Origin: an uncultured Fibrobacterota bacterium
GTDB lineage: Bacteria; Fibrobacterota; Chitinivibrionia; Chitinivibrionales; FEN-1185
Direction: 5' to 3'
NCBI GenBank assembly: GCA_963753345.1
Contig: CAVWBU010000024.1
Location: forward strand, 171,483 to 235,482
Length of the DNA stretch: 64,000 bases
This document shows, piece by piece, positions 26,183 to 34,638 of this stretch. Both the position numbers and the translations under genes were made by a program. Position 1 is the first letter of the stretch. Each line of letters starts with the position of its first letter. A model generated the notes under the pieces. The model did no database searches. It saw only the letters and a list, made by a program, of their open reading frames with translations, and was not told the origin of the DNA.

Positions 26183-29182
26183 TTACCGTGCATGGAATTC
26201 ATGAAATTTTCGATATACCTCTTTGAGAAGATTTTCGCCTACCAGGGTCTTGAAATCCTTGTCATTCATGTACTTCGCGGTGATCTCCTCATTGCTTTCC
26301 ATGCGGTCGATGAACAGCCCTTCAAGCGCCTTTACAAAAACATATCCGAAATTTTCCATGGTATTTGCCAAGGCAGCCTGCCGTAAGGCAGGATCAGCCA
26401 AGGCATCCTCCTTGATCGAATCGAAAAAGAGCTGGTCGGAAGGCTTGAACTCGGTCCCAAACCGTTCATTCAGAATGTCGATAAGTTTTGAAAGCTCGAT
26501 TTTCGGTTCACGCACGATATGAGTGCCAACCTCGGACGGTCCGCTCACCGGATACGGTTTCCCGCTTTCAAGAACAATTGAACCCTCGGAAATCTTTTGG
26601 AGCCGGTAATATTTGAGCGACACTTCATCGTCGAACGAATAGGATATTCCCGAGGAACGTCTTGGTAATTTGACAAGAAGGAAGCGAACAAATGCGTAGA
26701 ACTTTTCGAGGTCTACATCTTGAAACGGAATGATCTGCGAAAGGAAGGAATAGAGATTACGAAAAGCAGACAGAACCTTTCGGAAATTCTCCCGTTCCTC
26801 TTCTTCGAGTGCCTTAAACCGGCCAACCGCCGGATCGATGGCCGCATTGATGCGGGCGTGGTCGGTGGGCGTCTGGTTCGCCGTGGGCTTAAAGAACGCC
26901 TCTGCAAAGGCCTCCACCTCGGCCTTGTAGTACACCTGCGCCGAATCAAGACGGGCTTGGAGTTCATAAAGATGGCGTGCTTCGACCCGCTCCCCCACTT
27001 CAGTTTGTTCATAGTAGGGCTGAAATGCCTCTACTATTTCTTCCCTATCATTTACAAAATCGAGCACAAAGGTTTCTTCCTTGCCCGGATGAGTGCGATT
27101 CAAGCGAGAAAGGGTCTGAACAGCTTGAATGCCGGAAAGCCGTTTGTCCACGTACATGGTATGAAGGAGCGGCTGGTCAAAGCCGGTTTGGTACTTCTCC
27201 GCGACAAGAAGCACCTGGTACTCGTCGGTTCCGAATTTCTCAGGAAGTTCTTTTTCTTTGATACTCTTATTCATGGCTGGTTCCGTATATGACGCATCCG
27301 CGTTTTCATGGTCAATGACGGTTCCCGAAAATGCGACAAGTGTCTTGATACCGGCATATCCCTTCTCCGCGATATACTTGTCAAAAGCAATCTTGTACCT
27401 GACGGCATGAAGGCGTGACGAGGTCACGACCATGGCCTTTGCTCTTCCGCCAATGCGCTGTTTGACGAAGGTTCTGAAGTGCTCGACCATCACCTCTGTC
27501 TTCTGGGCGATATTGTGGGGATGCAGCGACATAAACCTCGCCAGCGCTTTGGCGGCCTTTTTCTTGTCCACCTGCGGATCGTCGGCTATGGATTTGATAA
27601 GGCGGTAATAGGTAGTGTATGTGACATAGTTCTCCAGGACATCGAGTATGAATTTTTCCTGGATAGCCTGACGCATGCTGTAAAGATGAAAAGGCTCCGG
27701 TTTACCGTCTTTTCCGACAATGCCGAACATTTCCAGCGTCTTGTATTTCGGGGTGGCCGTAAAGGCGAAGAAACTGATATTCGGCTGGCGGCCGCGGCGG
27801 GCAAGGGTCTTGAGAATTTCCTCTTCGAAATCGGGCAGGCTGCGTTCCTCCGCCTGCTCTGCCGCGGCATCCCCGGCTTCGCGGCCTGCAAGAACGCCCC
27901 GCATTTCAGCAGCGCCTTCCCCGCTCTGCGAGCTGTGCGCTTCGTCGATAATGACCGCATATTTGCGCGACGGCAGGTCGCCGATTTTGTCCGTAACAAA
28001 GGGGAATTTCTGTAATGTGGTAATAACGATTGGAACGGCAGATGAAAGCGCCGCGGCAAGTTGGTTCGAGCTTTCGTCAATTTTCTGCACCACACCCTGC
28101 TTATGTTCAAATTGGTAAACGGTGTTCTGCAATTGCTGGTCGAGCACCAGGCGATCCGTAATGACAATGACGGAATCAAAAACCTTTTCGTCCTTTGCAC
28201 TATAGAGGCTCGAAAGCCGGTGCGCCAACCACGCAATGGAATTGCTTTTCCCGCTTCCTGCCGAATGTTGCACCAGATAATTATTGCCAACGCCGTTTGT
28301 GCGTGCGTGCGCTATCATCTTCCGCACGGAATCGAGTTGATGGTAACGGGGGAAAATCATGGTCTCTTTCTTGAGTTTCTGCCCGCCGAATATTTTTTCC
28401 TCGATTTGCAAATGCAGGAAGCGTGCAAATATGTCAAGAAAACTGTCCCGCTGCCATACCTCTTCCCACAAATACGCCGTCTTGTACCCGTTTGGATTAT
28501 CCGGATTGCCTGCCGCCGTGCCGTTGCCCTTGTTGAAAGGCAGGAAATAGGTGTTCTGCCCTGCAAGCTTCGTAGTCATGTACACTTCATCCGGATCGAC
28601 GGCAAAATGAACAAGGCTACGTTTGCGAAATTGGAAAAAGAGGTCTTTAGGATCGCGGTCGTTTTTATACTGGTGAATGGCATTTCGCCAGGTCTGACCG
28701 GTTAGTGGGTTCTTGAGTTCCGCCGATACTACAGGAATGCCGTTGATGTTGAGTACAAGGTCAATTTCGTTCTTATGGTTTTGGCTGTAACGAAGCTGCC
28801 GCGTTACGGTGAGGCGGTTGGAGTCGTAGAGGCGTTTGATTTCCGGGTTCATTCCGCTTGCGGGCGCAAAATAAGCAACCCTGAAGAGCTTCCCGAAGCA
28901 CTTGAATCCGTGGCGGAGAACTTTTAGACACCCCTCACTTTCCGAGTCAAGCGCCTTGCAAAGGTCGTCGAGAAGCGTGGCCTCGGCTTTGCCTTTCTGA
29001 AGACCTTCGAGATAATCCCAGGTGTCCGGCTGAGTTTTTTTGACAAACGGGATAAGCACCGTAGGATCGAGACAGCGTGCCGGGTCGAACGATACCGGAT
29101 CGCCCCTGGAGAAGTCCCCTGTGGTGAGAAGGCAATGCTCGATTGCCGTTTCAAAGGCTTTTTCTGAATGGTCGGTGGGCAT
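26183..29182 (-). CDS. hsdR: Type I restriction enzyme, R subunit
   Basis: The 999-aa product has an N-terminal nuclease-like IDLVLNINGIPVVSAELK, helicase motif I HSAGSGKS and motif II IIDEAHSSQ (DEAH). Confidence 0.9.
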   Translation of the reverse strand: MPTDHSEKAFETAIEHCLLTTGDFSRGDPVSFDPARCLDPTVLIPFVKKTQPDTWDYLEGLQKGKAEATLLDDLCKALDSESEGCLKVLRHGFKCFGKLFRVAYFAPASGMNPEIKRLYDSNRLTVTRQLRYSQNHKNEIDLVLNINGIPVVSAELKNPLTGQTWRNAIHQYKNDRDPKDLFFQFRKRSLVHFAVDPDEVYMTTKLAGQNTYFLPFNKGNGTAAGNPDNPNGYKTAYLWEEVWQRDSFLDIFARFLHLQIEEKIFGGQKLKKETMIFPRYHQLDSVRKMIAHARTNGVGNNYLVQHSAGSGKSNSIAWLAHRLSSLYSAKDEKVFDSVIVITDRLVLDQQLQNTVYQFEHKQGVVQKIDESSNQLAAALSSAVPIVITTLQKFPFVTDKIGDLPSRKYAVIIDEAHSSQSGEGAAEMRGVLAGREAGDAAAEQAEERSLPDFEEEILKTLARRGRQPNISFFAFTATPKYKTLEMFGIVGKDGKPEPFHLYSMRQAIQEKFILDVLENYVTYTTYYRLIKSIADDPQVDKKKAAKALARFMSLHPHNIAQKTEVMVEHFRTFVKQRIGGRAKAMVVTSSRLHAVRYKIAFDKYIAEKGYAGIKTLVAFSGTVIDHENADASYTEPAMNKSIKEKELPEKFGTDEYQVLLVAEKYQTGFDQPLLHTMYVDKRLSGIQAVQTLSRLNRTHPGKEETFVLDFVNDREEIVEAFQPYYEQTEVGERVEARHLYELQARLDSAQVYYKAEVEAFAEAFFKPTANQTPTDHARINAAIDPAVGRFKALEEEERENFRKVLSAFRNLYSFLSQIIPFQDVDLEKFYAFVRFLLVKLPRRSSGISYSFDDEVSLKYYRLQKISEGSIVLESGKPYPVSGPSEVGTHIVREPKIELSKLIDILNERFGTEFKPSDQLFFDSIKEDALADPALRQAALANTMENFGYVFVKALEGLFIDRMESNEEITAKYMNDKDFKTLVGENLLKEVYRKFHEFHAR

Positions 29183-29353
29183 TTCTTATCTTTCGAAATT
29201 GTCTATTGCTATTACTTCCGTATTGCTACTACGCTTCTTTCTGAATGCGGAAGTAGCAAATCGTATCTCGCATTGATTCAATCCATTATATGATTTTACG
29301 GCTGCGTTTACTGCTAATTCAATCTCTTTTTTATTGCTATTGTTCTTCCATTG

Positions 29354-29382
29354 TTGACTTATGTTGTCTTTTGTGTTATCTT
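29354..29382 (+). promoter_or_regulatory. candidate sigma70-like promoter on the strand opposite the R-M genes
   Basis: TTGACT (29354-29359) is separated by 17 nt from TATCTT (29377-29382). Confidence 0.4.
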
Positions 29383-29388
29383 ATTATT

Positions 29389-29508
29389 GCAGGCAAGCGC
29401 AGGATTGTAGAGGTCGCCGGACAACGGCGGCAGCCCGTTTCGGGTGGGATCCTCGAACCTGGGGCCTGTTAAGAAGCGAACTTCTCAATATGAGAGTTCG
29501 CTTTTTTC
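29389..29508 (+). ncRNA. candidate ~120-nt structured small RNA (unclassified)
   Basis: It lies between the candidate promoter and the intrinsic terminator. Hairpins are GUCGCCG-GACAA-CGGCGGC (29413-29431) and GCCCG-UUU-CGGGU (29433-29445). A possible closing helix is AGGAU (29401-05) with AUCCU (29449-53). No convincing ORF is present. Confidence 0.35.
29474..29508 (+). terminator. rho-independent terminator (T-tract on the + strand)
   Basis: The stem AAGCGAAC(T)TCTC - AATAT - GAGAGTTCGCTT is followed by TTTTTC. It sits 5 nt beyond the stop of the minus-strand ATPase gene and is A-rich on the other side, so it may act in both directions. Confidence 0.6.
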
Positions 29509-29512
29509 ATTG

Positions 29513-31078
29513 CTATGCCGAACGCCATGTGGAAATGAATTCCCTGATTTTATTTGCCAATTCATAAACTTCACCACGTTTGGCAGAGGTTTCTTTTTTT
29601 GCGAGAATACGCATTATTTGCGGAGGGGTCTTTGCTAATTCAGTGGCAAATGAAAAAAATCTGTTTTTAGCTATGGCTTGAGGCTTATCGGCAGCATTGG
29701 CGTATAATGCGGTCAGGCGGCCCAATTTTTCGAGAATTATTTCTCCGGTCATGTTGAAAAGCTCGGTATAGTCTTCGGGATGCTGGCTAATTGTCTTCCA
29801 TGCCCATTCTTCCGGTACGTCGTTACCAGGGAGAAAAACAATCTGAGCAATCTGGCCCATTTGGGTAGCTTTCGCTTCCAACTCCGGGCCGATTTCCCTT
29901 CCGTCACCGTCAAGTACAAAGACCATATCATTTAATTTACGAAATTTTCCCAACGTATCAAGATGATTGGAAAATTGGTCTTTTCCGGTATCCCTGCCTA
30001 CGTCAATATCATTCTGTAGAAAATCGAGTTCGGGACCCAAATAATCAAGAATACCCCTGATAAAATTTTCCGACTCCTCATCTTCACAAAGGAAAGATAA
30101 CGTGTTTTGTGATCGACCGTATAAGGCTTTCTGGATTAAATCGCGATATGCATCTCGTCGAACAACGTTCCTGTTTGACCGCTCCAGAAAAAGCCGCCCT
30201 TCGGGTGGCACGGTTTCAAGAATCGTCGGGCTATGGCTGGTTACCACGATCTGCAGCTTGTTCCGAAGAGCGAGACGTTGTAATTCCAGCATGAGCATTT
30301 GCTGTAAATAAGGATGAAGCCCGGTCTCTACTTCGTCGATCAGCACCAGGGCTTCTGACATTTTCGATACTGCCATAGAGAGTCTCAGGATCGAACGTTC
30401 TCCGGCAGACATGTTGAATTCCGAATATGAGGGAATGGTTCCGTCGGATTCGGCGCTACGCTGGGCGAACAACAAGTCGCGAACGCCAGAAGAAATTTTA
30501 TTCAGCGCGGTGTAACGATACGGTAAAATGGCATGAGCGAAAGCTATATCCGAAGCGTCAATCACGATGGAGTCATATTGTTTATATGCCAATTGGAGGA
30601 CACTCCTGACTTCAGAAGGATTACTTAAATTCGCCAGTGTGCGAAGGTATACTTGTCGTTCAGGTTGCATGGCCTTGGGACGTCCAAAAAAACTCTTGCT
30701 CCACTTTTCCTTATTGCGCTTCCAACGCATCTGCATCGTCGCGCCCAGGTGGATATAGGTAAAAGTCAATTCGGTTTCAAACCGCGTGTCACGAAGATGT
30801 TCCTCCCCGCTCGAAGGAGAAAAAGCCGGAAAAAGACGCGCCGGCGTTAAATCGTAGCGACCAACATTATAAGCGGTAGCCAAGGCAAACAAAACCGTCG
30901 ACTTACCGCACCCGTTCGCGCCGGCCAGAACCGAAACAGGGTATGAAAGGGGTACATTCAACTCGGCAATGCCGCGCAGATTCCTGATTTCGATTTTGTC
31001 GAGATTTTCCGCGCGGTTCGGTTTCTGGCCGCGAAGCTGATCCCAGATTTGTTCAAGATTTTTTTTGATCGGATTCAT
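29513..31078 (-). CDS. ABC-type (AAA_15/21-like) ATPase fused to a Toprim/DUF4435-like C-terminal region
   Basis: ATPase motifs are Walker A GANGCGKST, signature-like MSAGERS, Walker B LVLIDEVETGLHP and H-loop TSHSP. The C-terminus carries LSFLCEDEESENFIRG ... VFVLDGDGRE ... LPGNDVPEEW. The RBS is AGAGGA. The gene is embedded between hsdS and hsdR. Confidence 0.8.
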   Translation of the reverse strand: MNPIKKNLEQIWDQLRGQKPNRAENLDKIEIRNLRGIAELNVPLSYPVSVLAGANGCGKSTVLFALATAYNVGRYDLTPARLFPAFSPSSGEEHLRDTRFETELTFTYIHLGATMQMRWKRNKEKWSKSFFGRPKAMQPERQVYLRTLANLSNPSEVRSVLQLAYKQYDSIVIDASDIAFAHAILPYRYTALNKISSGVRDLLFAQRSAESDGTIPSYSEFNMSAGERSILRLSMAVSKMSEALVLIDEVETGLHPYLQQMLMLELQRLALRNKLQIVVTSHSPTILETVPPEGRLFLERSNRNVVRRDAYRDLIQKALYGRSQNTLSFLCEDEESENFIRGILDYLGPELDFLQNDIDVGRDTGKDQFSNHLDTLGKFRKLNDMVFVLDGDGREIGPELEAKATQMGQIAQIVFLPGNDVPEEWAWKTISQHPEDYTELFNMTGEIILEKLGRLTALYANAADKPQAIAKNRFFSFATELAKTPPQIMRILAKKETSAKRGEVYELANKIREFISTWRSA

Positions 31079-31136
31079 TGAATATCCTCTATTCTTTGTT
31101 ACAAACTAAAATAACTATTCCACAATCGAAATGGCA

Positions 31137-32483
31137 CTATGTAGCACTATTAGGAACTTTCACTTCGTTGCGGACGTCGATTTTGCCGGTGACGGCGGAG
31201 GAGATGAGGGAGGTGCGATATTTTTGAAGAAGCACAACGCTCTGCGCTACTTTGCCAAAAACCCGATCAACCGAATCAAGCGCCTTTTCAACGGCAGAAA
31301 CGATTTGAGCCTGTTCGTCCGTTGGCGGAATCGCTAGAAAAAAATTGCCCAAGTCTTCCATGGACAAATTAGGCTGAGCAGATTGAACGGCGTCTATCCA
31401 AAGCCGTTTTTGCATGAAATCCGATTGTAAGCAAAAATGCAAGAAAGAGGGATTAGCGCTTGGCTTGGGTCTTATAAAAGCAACGGCTTGATTTGTATTG
31501 GCGGGCAGAAACTTCTTTTCGAGAATAGCAGATTTCCCAATTGTGGCACCTGCTATAACAAAAAGAATATCGGATTCCCGGAGGCATGATCTGAATATGA
31601 GCTTATTTGTTTCATCATCTATGAAGAATTGTGGATTGGGAGAGACCGTATTGTTTATTATGTTTTCAGCCTTAATAAACCGAACAGTCCCTTCAAGTTC
31701 AATTTCTTTGCCAATAGTAGAAGGAGTTGTACCCTTAGAAATACGATCAGTTTGGAATTTAAGTCGGGATATTTTCCAGTGCTCCGGCACCTTCCCCAAC
31801 CATTCCACCCCCGAATCCTTCATCTTCACCTTCGGGTCAAGCCCTTGGGTCACCGCTTGACTTATGAGCGCCACACGTTTCTTCTGCAAGAGCTCGAGTT
31901 GTTTGCGCTTCTTTTCTATGAGGGTATCTATCCGCTCGGTCTCGCGGTCGAGAAAGGCGGCGATGGCACGTTGTTCGGGGAGAGGGGGAACAGGTATTGG
32001 AATATCTCCAACGATATCTGTGTTAAGGTTAAGTTGGGTGCCAAATTTACCAAGACCGCCATATGGTTTACCACTTGAGAAGATGTAATATAGGAAGTCA
32101 CGGTTTTGTGAGAGATATGGGAAGTAAACAAAGCCGTCGTGAATACAGCACTTTATTTTGGTGATAATAGGCTTGCCTACTGAGCCTGCAATGCTCAAAA
32201 AAAGGTCGCCTGGTTGCATAGGAACGCTGAGTGATTTGCCCAGAATGGAAAGTCGTTGGGTAGTGGACTTAAGGTAGCGATCACTGGCTGTAACATCTGC
32301 AATACGAACCCAAGAATATTCACCATCAGCATCGAAATATTTGGGGTCATCTATTGGACGAGGGGACGCACCGCGTTTGACAAGTGATAGCCGTTTGGTT
32401 TTCATGACTTGCCAATGAGATGGAACACGGCCAATCCATTGACTACCCGACTCTTTGTATTGCAGGTGGAATTTGTATCTCAT
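31137..32483 (-). CDS. hsdS: Type I restriction enzyme, S (specificity) subunit
   Basis: There are two target-recognition halves. Each is followed by a conserved helix: PLPEQRAIAAFLDRETERIDTLIEKKRKQLELLQKKRVALISQAV, and PPTDEQAQIVSAVEKALDSVDRVFGKVAQSVVLLQKYRTSLISSAVTGKIDV. The start overlaps the hsdM stop by 4 nt. Confidence 0.9.
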   Translation of the reverse strand: MRYKFHLQYKESGSQWIGRVPSHWQVMKTKRLSLVKRGASPRPIDDPKYFDADGEYSWVRIADVTASDRYLKSTTQRLSILGKSLSVPMQPGDLFLSIAGSVGKPIITKIKCCIHDGFVYFPYLSQNRDFLYYIFSSGKPYGGLGKFGTQLNLNTDIVGDIPIPVPPLPEQRAIAAFLDRETERIDTLIEKKRKQLELLQKKRVALISQAVTQGLDPKVKMKDSGVEWLGKVPEHWKISRLKFQTDRISKGTTPSTIGKEIELEGTVRFIKAENIINNTVSPNPQFFIDDETNKLIFRSCLRESDILFVIAGATIGKSAILEKKFLPANTNQAVAFIRPKPSANPSFLHFCLQSDFMQKRLWIDAVQSAQPNLSMEDLGNFFLAIPPTDEQAQIVSAVEKALDSVDRVFGKVAQSVVLLQKYRTSLISSAVTGKIDVRNEVKVPNSAT

Positions 32484-34495
32484 TCTCCCCCCGCCAGCAT
32501 CTCCGCAATCTCCCTCTCAATCCCCTTCAACTCCGCCTCAATCTTCTCCAGCGGTTCCGGCGGCTCATACTTATAGAAATATCTATTGAAATTTATTTCA
32601 TATCCTATCTTCGTCTTTTCCTCATCAATCCAGGCATCCGGCACATGCGGCAGCACTTCCCGCTTCATGTATTCGTCAACCTTTTCCTTGAGCGGCACGT
32701 TTTCGTAATCCCGTAGTTCTGAGTCGGGTTCCGGCTTTCCGTCGCTGTCCAGGCATATTTCCGCGGTTGGGTCGCGTTCCGAAAGTGCATCGAGGATTCC
32801 ATTAAAAAGACCGGAAGATACGGGCACATCAGCATCCTTGAGGGCACGCCGCAGAATTGAAATAAACTTCTCCCTGTTTTTGCAGAGTGGCTGCTTCTTT
32901 AACGGTTCCAAAACGGAAAGTACCTGTTTCTGCTGTTCGCGGCCTTCCTTTTCTTCCTGATCTTTGGCTTTTATGTCCTTTTTCTTTTTGCTCTCCGCAA
33001 GGCCAACAAATGATGACAAGACTTTTACCCGTTCAATTCTCTCATCCGAGACAATGAAATTGAGCTTGAGCGGCCTTTCAACGGTGATCCGCCTGTATCC
33101 GAAATCTTCATTGTCAAATACTTTCACCTTCTCCCCGTCCTTGTAATCCCCATAGAGCCGAACTATTTCTTCAATGTGGGGCTGTGAAATTTCGTTGCGT
33201 TTGTTGCCCAGGCTCTTCCGCATCTTTTGGAAAGCTCCCGTGGCGTCGATCATCTGTATTTTTCCACGCCGCTGTCTGGCTTTGCGGTTGGTGACAATCC
33301 AAAGATACGTGCTGATGCCGGTATTGTAGAAAAGCTGGTCGGGCAAGGCGACAATGGCTTCCAGCCAGTCGTTTTCTATGATCCATTTCCTGATGTTACT
33401 CTCGCCGGAATCCGCGCTGCCGGTAAAAAGCGGCGAACCATTGAAAACAATGGCCAGTCGCGTTCCACCCTCGGCCATTGGTTTCATCTTGCTTATCATG
33501 TGCTGAAGGAAAAGAAACGAACCATCGTTGATCCGCGGCAGGCCTGCGCCGAAGCGGCCGTCTGTGCCGCGTTCGTTGTATTCCTTGTCAATGAAATCTT
33601 TTTCCGGTTTCCATTCGACGCCAAAGGGCGGATTTGCGAGCATGTAATCGTATTTCTTACCGGTAAAGTAATCCTCGGTGAAACTGTCCCCGAAACGGAT
33701 ATTCTCGATATTCTGTCCTTTTATCATCATGTCGGAGCCGCACACGGCAAAGGCTTGGTCGTTGTAGTCCTGTCCGAACACCTCCAGCGTCGCATCCGGA
33801 TTGAGCTCACGAAGATAATCTTCGGAAACCGACAGCATGCCGCCTGTGCCGCACGCAGGGTCAAAAAGCGTTCTTATTGTGCCGGGTTTCCGCAGCAGAT
33901 CATCATCCGGATCGAAAATCAGGTCTACCATGAGGCGGATAACTTCCCTCGGCGTGAAATGGTCTCCGGCCTCTTCGTTGGAGGCTTCGTTAAACCGCCT
34001 GATGAGTTCCTCGAATATGTATCCCATTTCGATGTTGGAAACGACATCAGGGTGGAGGTCAATTTCACAGAATTTCGAAACGACCAGAAAGAGACGGTTG
34101 TGCTTGTCGAGGTTTGCAATATGTTCTTCGAACTTGAAATGTTCGATTATTTCTCTCGCATGTGGGGAAAAATTCTTGATGTAGTGAGTAAGGTTTGCTG
34201 CAATATTTTCCGGGTCGCCTTTGAGTTTTTCGAACGTAAACCTGCTCGTGTTGTAAAATGACTGCCCGGAAGCCCGTAGTAGGATTCGTTCCTTGCCGAT
34301 TTCGTTGAGCTTGCCGCCTTTCAGTTCCTTGGCCTTGGCAAGGACTTTGTCCTTGGTTGATTCCAGGACGCAATCCAGGCGCCGGAGCACCGTGAGCGGC
34401 AACATCACATCTTTATATTGGTTGGGACGGTACGGGCCCCGGATCAGGTCGGCAACGCTCCAGATGAAACCCACTTTATCGCTGAAATTGGTCAT
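32480..34495 (-). CDS. hsdM: Type I restriction enzyme, M subunit (N6-adenine DNA methyltransferase)
   Basis: The HsdM_N-like FIWSVADLIRGPY, SAM motif DPACGTGGML and catalytic NPPFG (MLANPPFGVEW) are present. The start is set at ATG 34495 (MTNFSDKV). Confidence 0.9.
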   Translation of the reverse strand: MTNFSDKVGFIWSVADLIRGPYRPNQYKDVMLPLTVLRRLDCVLESTKDKVLAKAKELKGGKLNEIGKERILLRASGQSFYNTSRFTFEKLKGDPENIAANLTHYIKNFSPHAREIIEHFKFEEHIANLDKHNRLFLVVSKFCEIDLHPDVVSNIEMGYIFEELIRRFNEASNEEAGDHFTPREVIRLMVDLIFDPDDDLLRKPGTIRTLFDPACGTGGMLSVSEDYLRELNPDATLEVFGQDYNDQAFAVCGSDMMIKGQNIENIRFGDSFTEDYFTGKKYDYMLANPPFGVEWKPEKDFIDKEYNERGTDGRFGAGLPRINDGSFLFLQHMISKMKPMAEGGTRLAIVFNGSPLFTGSADSGESNIRKWIIENDWLEAIVALPDQLFYNTGISTYLWIVTNRKARQRRGKIQMIDATGAFQKMRKSLGNKRNEISQPHIEEIVRLYGDYKDGEKVKVFDNEDFGYRRITVERPLKLNFIVSDERIERVKVLSSFVGLAESKKKKDIKAKDQEEKEGREQQKQVLSVLEPLKKQPLCKNREKFISILRRALKDADVPVSSGLFNGILDALSERDPTAEICLDSDGKPEPDSELRDYENVPLKEKVDEYMKREVLPHVPDAWIDEEKTKIGYEINFNRYFYKYEPPEPLEKIEAELKGIEREIAEMLAGGE

Positions 34496-34638
34496 GGGTA
34501 ACAGTCCTCTTATGCAAAGAGTCAATCGCGGTATCAACAGGCAGTGAGGTAATATAATGCCGAAAGAAGTTTACAATCCAGCAATTTCTTAGTTTCAAAG
34601 CAATCGTTACCTCTGCGCGATTTCCTTTCCAACATGGC

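Larger units (their letters stand above)
26149..34638. other. AT-rich genomic island carrying a Type I R-M system plus an ATPase gene
   Basis: Hand counts of single 60-nt lines give 21/60 G+C at 27001 and 17/60 at 31081, against 35/60 at 13021 in the flank. All four island genes lie on the minus strand. No integrase or flanking direct repeat was seen. Confidence 0.6.

Noticed and set aside
29395-29470. A tRNA fragment or att site in the island gap (TCGAACC-like stretch in gggatcctcgaacctgggg).
   Set aside because: Neither strand gives a T-arm (5-bp stem around TTCRANY) or an acceptor/CCA arrangement. I therefore treat the region as part of the candidate structured RNA.
29290-29567. Small + strand ORFs in the island gap (29290..29472, 60 aa; 29361..29567, 68 aa).
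   Set aside because: They give Cys/Leu-rich low-complexity translations from AT-rich DNA, lack an RBS, and run through the GC-rich hairpins and the terminator. A non-coding interpretation is more parsimonious.
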